A DNA stretch of 62,293 nucleotides, the filler included, from Nemertoderma westbladi (taxonomy: Eukaryota > Animalia > Xenacoelomorpha), in the NCBI GenBank assembly GCA_032718475.1. It is 3 parts of 3 records of this genome, joined end to end, with 100 filler letters (N's around TTAATTAATTAA, not from the genome) between each part and the next. Parts side by side here need not be neighbours in the genome. Positions count along the whole stretch, not along the records: positions 1 to 31,863 come from JAUCBJ010000781.1; 2 more parts are not named here. One strand, written 5' to 3'. The translations under genes were made by a program, and so were the position numbers. How positions within the stretch are numbered: position 1 is the first letter of the stretch; each line of letters opens with the position of its first letter. Of this stretch, positions 1-13,410 are shown piece by piece. Below the pieces are notes generated by a model. The model ran no database searches. It had not been told where the DNA came from and worked only from the letters and a program-made list of their open reading frames with translations.

Positions 1-3000
1 TGTCTCCTAAACAGCGTAATGTATATATGTCTCCTTAACAATGTTATGTATATGTGTCTCCTAAACAATGTTATGTATATGTGTCTCCTAAACAACGTTA
101 TGTATATGTGTCTCCTAAACAACGTTATGTATATGTGTCTCCTAAACAACGTTATGTATATGTGTCTCCTAAACAACGTTATGTATATATGTCTCCTTAA
201 CAATGTTATGTATATGTGTCTCCTAAACAATGTTATGTATATGTGTCTCCTAAACAACGTTATGTATATGTGTCTCCTAAACAATGTTATGTATATGTGT
301 CTCCTAAACAACGTTATGTATATGTGTCTCCTAAACAACGTTATGTATATGTGTCTCCTAAACAACATTATGTATCTATGTCTCCTTAACAATGTTATGT
401 ATATGTGTCTCCTAAACAACGTTATGTATCTATGTCTCCTAAACAACGTTATGTATATGTGTCTCCTAAACAGCGTAATGTATATATGTCTCCTTAACAA
501 TGTTATGTATATGTGTCTCCTAAACAACGTTATGTATCTATGTCTCCTAAACAACGTTATGTATATGTGTCTCCTAAACAACGTTACGTATATGTGTCTC
601 CTAAACAACGTTATGTATATGTGTCTCCTAAACAACGTTATGTCTATGTGTCTCCTAAACAACGTTATGTCTATGTGTCTCCTAAACAACGTTATGTATA
701 TGTGTCTCCTAATCAACGTTATGTATATGTGTCTCCTAAACAACGTTATGTCTATGTGTCTCCTAAACAACGTTATGTATATGTGTCTCCTAAACAACGT
801 TATGTATATGTGTCTCCTAAACAACGTTATGTATATGTGTCTCCTAAACAGCGTAATGTATATATGTCTCCTTAACAATGTTATGTATATGTGTCTCCTA
901 AACAACGTTATGTATCTATGTCTCCTAAACAACGTTATGTATATGTGTCTCCTAAACAGCGTAATGTATATATGTCTCCTTAACAATGTTATGTATATGT
1001 GTCTCCTAAACAACGTTATGTATCTATGTCTCCTAAACAACGTTATGTATATGTGTCTCCTAAACAACGTTATGTATATGTGTCTCCTAAACAGCGTAAT
1101 GTATATATGTCTCCTTAACAATGTTATGTATATGTGTCTCCTAAACAATGTTATGTATATGTGTCTCCTAAACAACGTTATGTATATGTGTCTCCTAAAC
1201 AACGTTATGTATATGTGTCTCCTAAACAGCGTAATGTATATATGTCTCTTTAACAATGTTAAGTATATGTGTCTCCTAAACAGCGTAATGTATATATGTC
1301 TCCTTAACAATGTTATGTATATGTGTCTCCTAAACAATGTTATGTATATGTGTCTCCTAAACAACGTTATGTATATGTGTCTCCTAAACAACGTTATGTA
1401 TATGTGTCTCCTAAACAACGTTATGTATATGTGTCTCCTAAACAACGTTATGTATATATGTCTCCTTAACAATGTTATGTATATGTGTCTCCTAAACAAT
1501 GTTATGTATATGTGTCTCCTAAACAACGTTATGTATATGTGTCTCCTAAACAATGTTATGTATATGTGTCTCCTAAACAACGTTATGTATATGTGTCTCC
1601 TAAACAACGTTATGTATATGTGTCTCCTAAACAACATTATGTATCTATGTCTCCTAAACAACGTTATGTATATGTGTCTCCTAAACAACATTATGTATCT
1701 ATGTCTCCTAAACAACGTTATGTATATGTGTCTCCTAAACAACATTATGTATCTATGTCTCCTAAACAACGTTATGTATATGTGTCTCCTAAACAACGTT
1801 ATGTCTATGTGTCTCCTAAACAACGTTATGTATATGTGTCTCTTTAACAATGTTAAGTATATGTGTCTCCTAAACAGCGTAATGTATATATGTCTCCTTA
1901 ACAATGTTATGTATATGTGTCTCCTAAACAATGTTATGTATATGTGTCTCCTAAACAACGTTATGTATATGTGTCTCCTAAACAACGTTATGTATATGTG
2001 TCTCCTAAACAACGTTATGTATATGTGTCTCCTAAACAGCGTAATGTATATATGTCTCCTTAACAATGTTATGTATATGTGTCTCCTAAACAATGTTATG
2101 TATATGTGTCTCCTAAACAACGTTATGTATATGTGTCTCCTAAACAACGTTATGTATATGTGTCTCCTAAACAGCGTAATGTATATATGTCTCCTTAACA
2201 ATGTTATGTATATATGTCTCTTTAACAATGTTAAGTATATGTGTCTCCTAAACAGCGTAATGTATATATGTCTCCTTAACAATGTTATGTATATGTGTCT
2301 CCTAAACAATGTTATGTATATGTGTCTCCTAAACAACGTTATGTATATGTGTCTCCTAAACAACGTTATGTATATGTGTCTCCTAAACAACGTTATGTAT
2401 ATGTGTCTCCTAAACAGCGTGATGTATATATGTCTCCTTAACAATGTTATGTATATGTGTCTCCTAAACAATGTTATGTATATGTGTCTCCTAAACAACG
2501 TTATGTATATGTGTCTCCTAAACAACGTTATGTATATGTGTCTCCTAAACAGCGTAATGTATATATGTCTCCTTAACAATGTTATGTATATATGTCTCTT
2601 TAACAATGTTAAGTATATGTGTCTCCTAAACAGCGTAATGTATATATGTCTCCTTAACAATGTTATGTATATGTGTCTCCTAAACAATGTTATGTATATG
2701 TGTCTCCTAAACAACGTTATGTATATGTGTCTCCTAAACAGCGTAATGTATATATGTCTCCTTAACAATGTTATGTATATGTGTCTCCTAAACAATGTTA
2801 TGTATATGTGTCTCCTAAACAACGTTATGTATATGTGTCTCCTAAACAACGTTATGTATATGTGTCTCCTAAACAGCGTAATGTATATATGTCTCCTTAA
2901 CAATGTTATGTATATATGTCTCTTTAACAATGTTAAGTATATGTGTCTCCTAAACAGCGTAATGTATATATGTCTCCTTAACAATGTTATGTATATGTGT

Positions 3001-4917
3001 CTCCTAAACAATGTTATGTATATGTGTCTCCTAAACAACGTTATGTATATGTGTCTCCTAAACAACGTTATGTATATGTGTCTCCTAAACAACGTTATGT
3101 ATATGTGTCTCCTAAACAACGTTATGTATATATGTCTCCTTAACAATGTTATGTATATGTGTCTCCTAAACAATGTTATGTATATGTGTCTCCTAAACAA
3201 CGTTATGTATATGTGTCTCCTAAACAATGTTATGTATATGTGTCTCCTAAACAACGTTATGTATATGTGTCTCCTAAACAACGTTATGTATATGTGTCTC
3301 CTAAACAACATTATGTATCTATGTCTCCTAAACAACGTTATGTATATGTGTCTCTTTAACAATGTTAAGTATATGTGTCTCCTAAACAGCGTAATGTATA
3401 TATGTCTCCTTAACAATGTTATGTATATGTGTCTCCTAAACAATGTTATGTATATGTGTCTCCTAAACAACGTTATGTATATGTGTCTCCTAAACAACGT
3501 TATGTATATGTGTCTCCTAAACAACGTTATGTATATGTGTCTCCTAAACAGCGTAATGTATATATGTCTCCTTAACAATGTTATGTATATGTGTCTCCTA
3601 AACAATGTTATGTATATGTGTCTCCTAAACAACGTTATGTATATGTGTCTCCTAAACAACGTTATGTATATGTGTCTCCTAAACAGCGTAATGTATATAT
3701 GTCTCCTTAACAATGTTATGTATATATGTCTCTTTAACAATGTTAAGTATATGTGTCTCCTAAACAGCGTAATGTATATATGTCTCCTTAACAATGTTAT
3801 GTATATGTGTCTCCTAAACAATGTTATGTATATGTGTCTCCTAAACAACGTTATGTATATGTGTCTCCTAAACAACGTTATGTATATGTGTCTCCTAAAC
3901 AACGTTATGTATATGTGTCTCCTAAACAACGTTATGTATATATGTCTCCTTAACAATGTTATGTATATGTGTCTCCTAAACAATGTTATGTATATGTGTC
4001 TCCTAAACAACGTTATGTATATGTGTCTCCTAAACAATGTTATGTATATGTGTCTCCTAAACAACGTTATGTATATGTGTCTCCTAAACAACGTTATGTA
4101 TATGTGTCTCCTAAACAACATTATGTATCTATGTCTCCTAAACAACGTTATGTATATGTGTCTCCTAAACAACATTATGTATCTATGTCTCCTAAACAAC
4201 GTTATGTATATGTGTCTCCTAAACAACATTATGTATCTATGTCTCCTAAACAACGTTATGTATATGTGTCTCCTAAACAACATTATGTATCTATGTCTCC
4301 TAAACAACGTTATGTATATGTGTCTCCTAAACAACGTTATGTATATGTGTCTCCTAAACAACGTTATGTCTATGTGTCTCCTAAACAACGTTATGTATAT
4401 GTGTCTCCTAAACAACGTTATGTATATGTGTCTCCTAAACAACATTATGTATCTATGTCTCCTAAACAACGTTATGTATATGTGTCTCCTAAACAACGTT
4501 ATGTATATGTGTCTCCTAAACAACGTTATGTATATGTGTCTCCTAAACAACGTTATGTATATGTGTCTCCTAAACAACGTTTTGTATCTATGTCTCCTAA
4601 ACAACGTTATGTATATGTGTCTCCTAAACAACATTATGTATATGTGTCTCCTAAACAACGTTATGTCTATGTGTCTCCTAAACAACGTTATGTATATGTG
4701 TCTCCTAAACAACGTTTTGTATATGTGTCTCCTAAACAACGTTATGTATATGTGTCTCCTAAACAACGTTATGTATATGTGTCTCCTAAACAACGTTATG
4801 TATATGTGTCTCCTAAACAACATTATGTATCTATGTCTCCTAAACAACGTTATGTATATGTGTCTCCTAAACAACGTTATGTATATGTGTCTCCTAAACA
4901 ACGTTATGTATATGTGT
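1..4917. repeat. 27-bp tandem repeat (minisatellite/satellite), unit TGTCTCCTAAACAACGTTATGTATATG, ~180 copies, runs off the window start
   Basis: Unit read directly. The 1633-aa (MYMCLLNNV)n ORF is just the stop-free 9-codon unit. Confidence 0.98.
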
Positions 4918-4920
4918 TAG

Positions 4921-5220
4921 TATATATTACAAGTAACAATAGGGCTAGTTGTTCGGAATTAAAAAAGCAAAATTAAAAACAAAATAGCCAATATTAGTGA
5001 ACAAAAAATTCCAGATCTCTTATTTTAACATAAAATAAAACATCACCATTACTTATGAAGTTTAAATAGTAATATAATTTACTAATTAATAAATATATAT
5101 TACAAGTAACAATAGGGCTAGTTTTTCAAAATTAAAAAAGCAAAAATTAAAAAAAAATTGCCAATATTAGTAAACAAAAATTTCCAGATCTCTTATTTTA
5201 ACATAAAATAAATCATCACC
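4921..5220 (+). repeat. Two-copy ~175-bp AT-rich direct repeat
   Basis: TATATATTACAAGTAACAATAGGGCTAGTT...CCAGATCTCTTATTTTAACATAAAATAAA..CATCACCA occurs at ~4921 and ~5095. Confidence 0.8.
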
Positions 5221-5734
5221 ACAAAAATTCATGATTGCTAAGTCACTGATCGAAAAATAGTTTTTGCAAAATTTCGTTCAAACCAAGTAATCTTTCTAAG
5301 ACGCAACTTCTTTGACATAATGTAATACATCAACTCATTTTTTTGAAAAAGCCGTGCGAGTGACCGATTTAGAATACAAAATGTTAGAATTGTAATTATT
5401 TGATGGTATATTTCGTATATCAATTTAGGATCTTGTTCAAAAATCCAAAAAAACCTAAAAAAAGTGAAAATTTTGAAAATTTGACATTTTTGTGCCTTTT
5501 AACTCGTAACCATAGGGCATTTTGGTAATGCTATTAAATGGCATTGCAAATCATTTTATGATATTAACAAAACATTAATAATTCTTTAATTTTTGATGGG
5601 ATGGACCTGGTTTTTGTTTTACTCATTAAGTATGAGTTGCTTTAATTGAATTTGTTTTGAAAAATAAGTTTGCACATTCTAGAACAAACTTATGCGAGTC
5701 TTTCAAACACTGGCCCTATTGCGACTTTGCAAAG

Positions 5735-5736
<2 letters not shown>

Positions 5737-5792
<56 letters not shown>
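5737..5792. repeat. (GA)n microsatellite at the truncated 5' edge of retroelement copy 1
   Basis: Read directly. Confidence 0.95.
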
Positions 5793-5794
<2 letters not shown>

Positions 5795-8700
5795 GGAAAG
5801 TGTATGCGGGATGATATGCATACCCGGTTAAGGGGGCTTATGCAATACCAGGCAAAGCAAAAGCGCCAGTTAGAACTGGCAAAGTTGGGATTATCTGAGA
5901 GTGAGGCCGGTTCGGGTAGTATTTACGAGGAGCCAGAAGTAATGGAAACGTTCGTTAATACCCCACTTACGGGCACCGGACGACAGACCCAGGACTGGTG
6001 TAACCGTACGGGCAAGGGGGGGGGGGGGGGGTAATAATAATACATTAGAAGGAATTAATATTAATAGTACCGTAATAGACAACCCTAATCGAACCTTTGT
6101 TACAGGAAATAATGTTTTACCCGGTAATAATAATTATAATTTAAATGTGCAAAATAATCCAAGTAATAATTCTAATTTAAATGTGCAAAATAATCCAATT
6201 AATAATTCTAATTTAAATGTACAAAATAATCCAATTAATAATTCTAATTTAAATGTGCAAAATAATCCAAACAATAACCCTAACTCCGAACAAAATAATT
6301 TAAATAATTTAGATAATAATGTTGCGTTAGATAATAATCCCAAAGAAATTAATACAAACGTAGGGGAGATAGGTGGTCCGACCAGCGGGAGCCTGCAAGG
6401 CCACGTAGTTACGCAGGGAGTAGCGGGGGTGAGTTAACCCGACGGGAGCCTGCAAGGCCACGCGCAGTCGCACAGGGAGAGGCGGGGGTGAATAGACCCA
6501 GCCAGGGTAGAGATAGTGCGTCGACTAGAGAGGGGCGTAGAAGCGAAGTAGGAGGTAACGAAGTAAGAGGTGGCGAATGGGGGGGGGGGGGGGCTACGGG
6601 CACCCCACCACGAGAGATTAGCGGCGAGAGGGGGCAGAGAATGTCCCACAAGCATCGGCGGATAATGCCGGAGAACTGCGGCACCCAGCAATGGAGAATA
6701 GTAGGGGGATTGCGAGTATCCCCAGAAGCGTCCAACCGGGCAGAGAGAGAGAGGTTGGCGCCGTGAGCAGGCAAGCGACAAGACGTCGAGCCCAGTCGGA
6801 AGACGGAAGAAGAGCAGTGAAGGTCGAAGCGAGATCTCACGAAGGGGATCACTACACTGAAGAGAGAAGAAGTGAAGATAATAGAAGAAGGGTTGCTAGG
6901 AGCAACCGGAGAGCAAGGACAGACAGTGAACCGTCGGTAGTAGAGATGGAGTTAGAGAGCCAGCGAGGTCGAATTCCGGGAGATTGCCGTCGCCCCGGAG
7001 AGACGCAGCCTGGTGAGATATATCACACACTGGGAGAAGGGTACAGGATGTACCAGTACGAGGACGAGAACAGGAAAGGGGATCAAAGAGAAACTTCCCG
7101 ACGGGACCTAGTTGCCGATCGGTAGTCGCGGTAGTCGCAGGGAGGACTTCTTGGAATATTCGAGAAGATTAAACTTTGGTCCGGAAGGACACAGGCAGAC
7201 TGCAGGGCATACTGTAGGCCTTACTGCACATACTATAGGCCATGCTGGGAGAGATAGTGTAGACGATAGGATAGCACGGACAATGGGATTAGATCCGGAA
7301 GTCGCGGCATACATACCGGTAGGTAGGCAAGAAGTGGATAGGCCTATACCAGTACCTGCACACCAGTATGACTATAATATGCAACGATATAACATATACC
7401 CAGGGGTGGGGGGAGCTATTGCCGATAGGTGTATGGGCCCTAACATGGTAACATCAACCCCAATACCAAATATAACACCGGGGGGGGGGGGGGGGGGGCA
7501 GGGTGACATTCCCCCATTACAATATCAGCAATATACTCAACCAAGAACAAAAACCCCAAACCCCTCGGACAAAAATAGATCGTGTGATACAGAGATATGG
7601 AGGGGGCCGTTACCCCCAATGATATATCCGACGCAAAGGAGGTCGACAGGCCCGACGGGCGAACCGCACCCAGCAGCAGGGGAGTCTGTACAGCATCCAC
7701 CGAGCCCACTAGAAGTACAGGCGATGGGAATGGCAACACTCATCGATGCGCTTAAGACCAGGATCGAGCTGCCACCAGTGGAGCCGTTTAAATTTGATGG
7801 AAGCAGACCGGAAGAATATCTGCAATTCCGACGCATGTATAGTAACAAAATATTAACAAAGAACCTGACTCAGGCGGAGTGCCTAAAATATGTACAAGTT
7901 TACACAGGGGGCCCAGCGTACGACATCGTAAGGCAGTATCAAGGTATCAAAGGTGGATTCACGACTGCATGGCGGGCCCTAGACAGGGAATACGGACACC
8001 TGCCAAGATCATCCGACAAACCTTGAGGGGGATAACATCAGGCGGACTACAGGATAACCCTGTCAGCATTAAGACTTTCGCAAATAAAGTCAAAAAGGCA
8101 TTAATTGTGCTGAAGGCCTTAGATGCGCCCTACGAACTCAATGCATCGAACAACATCACCACTATAGCGCAGGCACTGCCTATGTGGCTAAGAAACAAGT
8201 GGAGGAAGATCGCCTTCTCCACCCGGGAGAAGAAAGGTGTGGAACCAGGCCTAGAGGAAATGTCGAACTTCCTCAATTACAAGGCGGAACTAATTACGGA
8301 CCCAGTCTACAGTGAGGATAGTCTGGGGAGGGCGCCGAGGACCGAATATAACAGGCCGAAACCAGAACATAGTGTGGCAAATGCGTTACCAAATTTGAGA
8401 CAATCGCTACCATACGCGACGACGCAGGGGACTGCTAGTCCACAGATAGCCGGGGGTAGGGCCAAACCGTGGCATGAGCAGGGACAGAATAATAACACAA
8501 ACAAATATAACCCTAACACGCCCAGTAGGCCAAACCCAAATAATAAGAACACCAGACAGCTAAGTATGAATATACGTGCGATACGCAATGCGCTTTATAG
8601 GGAAGGCTATAATCCGAGAAACAAATGCCAATTACACTCGAACGCACTCCATCAGACCATGAACTGCAAGTATTGGCAGGCGTTACCCAAACAAGATCAG

Positions 8701-9682
8701 GTAGAATATGCGAACAAAAGTGGAATCTGTCATCGATGTGTGGTAGGCGGACACAGAGCTGAACAGTGTAAGGAGACACCAATAAAATTCGGTCAAGACA
8801 AAGGACAAATGATGGCGACAAGCACCATAGGAGCGAAGAGAAGGGGAACGGTACTACTCGGGGTGGTACCGGTGAGGGTGATGGGAGAAAGCGGTCGATC
8901 AGTTACGACATTGATGCTGGTCGACAGCGGAGCAGCCTTCACGCTGGTGGAGAATTGGGTGGCCGAGGAGATAAGGTTACAGACGAGGACAAGCAGGATG
9001 GCGGTAACTACTATCTCGAGCAAGGATGAGGTCCTGGAGATGAGAACGGGACGGTGCGAGATATCAGCAATAGCACCAGGATGTGATTATGGGGTGACCA
9101 TCGACCCCATTCAAATAATAGAATCGATTAATATAAACACCAGGCGACCCACTAGGATCGAGGTCGAGCAATACCGATTCCTGTACGATATCGATTTCTC
9201 AATACTGGAAGTGGACTTCTCGGAGGTATCTATCATAGTCGGAATGGATTGTCCGACAGCCCACAAGAGAATACGGACCATATTCGGAGAGAATAAGCAG
9301 CGGGATCCGATGGCGATTCTTACGCCATTCGGATGGACGCTTAGTGGCCCAATTAAAACCAAGATTCCATTCAGTGTGTCCGAGACTTCAGTGTGCATGC
9401 TATCAGGCACTGTCGAGGACATAGAGGAGAAACCAGAGGCGGGCGATGGGGACGTCCAATGTGAAAAGAGGCCCGGGGGAGGACACCAGGAGTCGGGGAT
9501 GGGTATGGATCTGGATCCACGTGTTGAAAGGGTGGAAGATAAACCCAGAGAAATACCGCCGATAGATGAGCTAGGAGTGGAAGCAACACCGAGAGAGTGG
9601 GCGGAGGAGAATGGGTTCGACGCAGAAGACCTAGAGGCGATGGGATGGAACAAGGATGTTCCTGGCAAGTATTGGTATGAGG
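5793..9682 (+). pseudogene. gag: BEL/Pao Gag (DUF1759-type capsid, Cys/His knuckles) plus aspartic protease; frameshifted
   Basis: PPVEPFKFDGSRPEEYLQF...AWRALDREYGH; CQLHSNALHQTMNC and CHRCVVGGHRAEQC; LVDSGAAFT; IIVGMD...ILTPFGWTLSGP. Frameshift at ~8000 relative to copy 2 (HPAKI) and further breaks upstream. Confidence 0.85.
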
Positions 9683-11316
9683 TATTGCCTGATAACTTTA
9701 TAGAAGTAAAAGTGTCTGAGTCTGTACTCCCAGATATTCCCATTGGCGATATCTCCTTTGCAGAAGTGAAGGCTGCTGCAAAGAGCATTAAGACCAATCG
9801 TGCCAGTGGAGTAGATGGTATTCCCCCTGAGGTCTTTAAAATACCTGAGTGTTTAAAGCTCATCTATCCCATCATAGTAGACATGTACCGTACAACAAGA
9901 GTCCCACAAGAAATGAAAACAAATAAGTTGGTGCCAGTTCCCAAGAAGGGCAACCTAACACTCTATGGTTCTTTTCGGGGAATCTCATTGATCTCGATTG
10001 ATGCAAAACTATACAATAGAATTCTATTAAATCGCATCAGGGATCCCATTGAGAGACTGCTACGTGGAAATCAGAATGGGTTCCGTAAAGGTCGTGGGAC
10101 CATGGAGCCCATTTTGGCACTTAGAAGGATAATTGAAGAGTTATCAAAAAAGAAAGACAGGCATCTGGCTGTTACCTTTGTTGACTTCTTCAAGGCCTTT
10201 GATTCAGTCTCTCGCTCACGTATGTTCAGCATACTTTCATTATATGGGATTCCTGATGAAATTATTGCAGCAATCAGATCAGTATACGATGGTTCGACAA
10301 CGTTTGTGTCTACTGTTGACGGTGACACAGAACCATTTGAAGTGTTATGGGGCGTCCTCCAAGGAGACACACTTGCACCATTATTGTTCATTATTGTGGT
10401 TGACTATGTTCTACGCATGTCCTTAGATCATCATAATGATGATGGGGTGATGATAACTCCACCTTCTGGCTCCAGAAGTCGAGGAAATCCTGCCAAGTAC
10501 CTAACTGATCTAGACTTTGCTGATGACTTAGGAGTACTCTCAGAATCATTAGAGGGAGCCCAGCGGCTCCTCAGCTCATTAGAACATGCTGCTTCTAGTT
10601 TTGGTCTTTTTATTAACTCCAGAAAGACCAAAATTCTGACAGTTAACTTTGAAAGTCCTCAGCAAGTCTCTGATCGGATGAGCATAAGCTCAAATGATGG
10701 TATGCTTGAGCATGTGGACGATTTCTGTTACCTGGGATCATGGATCCGGAAGTCAGGTGAGGACCTTCGAATACGTAAGGGAAAGGCATGGGCAGCCTTG
10801 AATAGGCTTTCCAGGATTTGGAAGTCACCTAGAATTAATCGGAAACTTAAGGTCCGATTATTTAGAACAGCAGTAGTTCCAGTACTCCTCTACGGGAGTC
10901 CATGCTGGGCTCTAACTGCTGAGGACACCAAATCTATGGATGGCACATTTACAAGAATGCTACGTACAATGCACACATCTCCAACCAGACACTATATAAC
11001 ATTGGAGGTGTCTCATTGGTTCCCCCAAGCTTGACACTAGAACAAATTCGCCTCCGCTTTGCAGGACATTGCTTTCGCCGTGAGGACCAGCCAGTGCATA
11101 ATCTTGTACTTTGGCAGCCTCATGGAGTGAATAAGCATGGTGGACAGCCCATGACTTTCTTGAGACGCATCTTAAAGGACACTGGCCTTAAAGATGCGGA
11201 TGATCTAGCAAATGTCATGGGTGATAGGGAGTTGTGGCGGTGCAATTTTGTTGACAAGCCGGCACAGCATTCTTAAAAATGCAGCTGCAATGCAGCATGC
11301 CGATCCTAGTAGTAGT
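9683..11316 (+). mobile_element. 5'-truncated RTE-clade LINE (family B), RT domain, inserted in frame into the Gag-PR ORF
   Basis: RT motifs QNGFRKGR, FVDFFKAFDSV, GVLQGDTLAP, LDFADD, RLRFAGHC. (TAG)n tail at 11307-11319. 15-bp TSD AGTATTGGTATGAGG at 9668-9682 and 11317-11331. Confidence 0.95.
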
Positions 11317-11331
11317 AGTATTGGTATGAGG

Positions 11332-11861
11332 GTGGAGAAGAGTGGATGGCGAGATGTCCAGAGGAGTGTCCAGAGGAGACACCGGTCCGGTCGAGAGGCA
11401 TACCGAAAAGGGGGAGGTCGAGTAAGAAGACAAGGTGGAAAGGGAGAGGATGTGGGAAGCTTAGACCAGGGGCAGATAAGCCCATGACGAAACGTGACAA
11501 AGGAGGCAGGAAAGTGGGAGAGGGCGTGTTGCACACGCATAAGGGGCTGGCAGAGTGCGAGGGGGCATTAAATGGTAAGCCATTATGCGTACCGAAGGAT
11601 GACCAGGGGTCATCGGGGGCTTTAACGGGAGCGCACATATTGAGGGGGAGGCCAGCAGAGGTGGCATGTACCAGTAAGGATGACATGAGGGGCAACATTC
11701 TACCGCCAAATGACGACAAGATGAAGGGTGGCACTTTGCCGCCAGGGGACGACCACGAGGAGATCAGTGACATGATGGAAAGACCCGACTTAAGGGTGAA
11801 GGAGAAGGGAAGGTCAATTCCAAAAGAGTTGGAAGTGAAAGAAGAGTGGGGCGAAGATTAA
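11332..11861 (+). pseudogene. Displaced C-terminus of the Gag-PR ORF of copy 1
   Basis: Removing the RTE restores PGKYWYEGGEEWMARCPEE..., homologous to FPSKRRYGDGAERTARCPED... in copy 2. Confidence 0.85.
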
Positions 11862-12080
11862 GAGGACCTATAGGGGGGAAGTGGGAGAGTTGCCTGCTGG
11901 AAGAATTGCCCTTAGGTTGTTGAGTCGTCCAATATGTTAGACTGAGGGGGTGGGAATAAGGGCGAGACGCGCTTCCCGCACATAAACAATATAAAAAAAT
12001 AATAAGAAAAATAATAAAATAAGAAGCGAGATAGTAGAAAGTTAGAAAGTGGTAGAAGTAGATAGTACGTAGCAGTTAGT

Positions 12081-12880
12081 AGTTAGAAGTTAGGGAGTGT
12101 GGTATATAGACATACCACGAGAGTAGTAGCAGGGTACATAGTACCGGAGTAGCAGGGTACATAGTACAGTAAGAGGAAGTAGTTAGAAGTTAGGGAGTGT
12201 GGTATATAGACATACCACGAGAGTAGTAGCAGGGTACATAGTACCGGAGTAGCAGGGTACATAGTACCGTAAGAGGAAGTAGTTAGAAGTTAGGGAGTGT
12301 GGTATATAGACATACCACGAGAGTAGTAGCAGGGTACATAGTACCGGAGTAGCAGGGTACATAGTGCCGTAAGAGTTAGTTGTTAGAAGTTAGGGAGTGT
12401 GGTATATAGACATACCACGAGAGTAGTAGCAGGGTACATAGTACTGGAGTAACAGGGTACATAGTACCGCAAGAGTTAGAGAATAGGGAGTGTGGTATAT
12501 AGACATACCACGAGAGTAGTAGTAGGGTACATAGTACCGTAAGAGTTTGAAGTTAGTAAGAGTTAGTAAAAAGTAAGAAGTTAGAAAGTTAGTAGAAGTT
12601 AGTATGAGTAAGAGGAGAGTTAGAAGTTAGAGAATAGGGAGTGTGGTATATTGACATACCACGAGAGTACAGTAGTAGCAGGGTACATAGTACCGTAAGA
12701 GTTAGTGAGTGTGGTATATGGAGTGTGGTATATAGACATACCACGAGAGTAGTAGTAGGGTACATAGTACCGTAATAGTTAGAAGATAGGGTAAGTAGAG
12801 TTAGTAGAAGTTAGTAGTAAGAGAGTAAAGAGTATAGTATATAGGTATACCATAAGACTAGTAGTAGGGTACATAGTACT
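12081..12880 (+). repeat. Hairpin-containing tandem array in the element 3' region: four 100-bp units plus degenerate copies
   Basis: Units start at 12081, 12181, 12281 and 12381. About 7 GTGGTAT-N6-ATACCAC stems and many GGTAC-ATA-GTACC stems. Confidence 0.92.
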
Positions 12881-13410
12881 GTAGAGGCTGTGGGCATTGA
12901 GAGCACCACGAAGGGGAGAGGGGGGCATGTGGGTACAGCAGGATAGACGGTGTAGGCCACACGAGACAGACTACTGTACTGCACAGCCCATAGAGTAAGT
13001 TTAGGATGTTTGGTACAGGGCCAGGAAGTTGCCTGGTACGAAAGTAGCACAGCAGGGAATAGCTAGTTTCCCCTGTATACAAACTACAGGTGTTATCTAG
13101 GTAGAAATAACCTGCCATAACCGATAATAGCACACTAAGAGAGAATAAAATAGAATTAGGAGCAAATTTAACAAATTATGACAACAGTAGGCAAAGGATT
13201 CTAGAATCATAATTAAAGTAACGGACAAAATTTTAAAATTTAGGAAAATTGGCACTTTGGGGGATGTATACTTAAAATATAGTATAAAATTAGGGTTTCT
13301 AGGAAATAGGCCATTACTGAACAAATACAGACCATCTTATTAAACGTCACTCATCTAATTGAGCCTTGGGAAGGCACCATCAAGAAGGTGAGCACGCGAA
13401 AAAGTTCGTA

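Larger units (their letters stand above)
5793..13000 (+). mobile_element. BEL/Pao-type pol-less Gag-protease retroelement, copy 1 (5'-truncated, no LTR recognised; may extend to ~16.4 kb to include the exonuclease ORF)
   Basis: Colinear with the LTR-bounded element at 42851-52665: N-rich segment, GHTVGLTAHT, capsid, knuckle, protease and 3' UTR motifs. Confidence 0.85.

Noticed and set aside
19-4920. 1633-aa ORF (MYMCLLNNV)n
   Set aside because: Translation of a stop-free 27-bp satellite, with no unique domain.
7879-11034. Reading the 1051-aa ORF as a normal BEL/Pao gag-pol
   Set aside because: The RT is RTE (non-LTR) type and bounded by a TSD and tail. There is no RNase H or integrase.
12081-12880. 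CRISPR-like look (palindromic repeats at regular spacing)
   Set aside because: The intervening sequences are repeated rather than unique spacers, there are no cas genes, and the context is eukaryotic.
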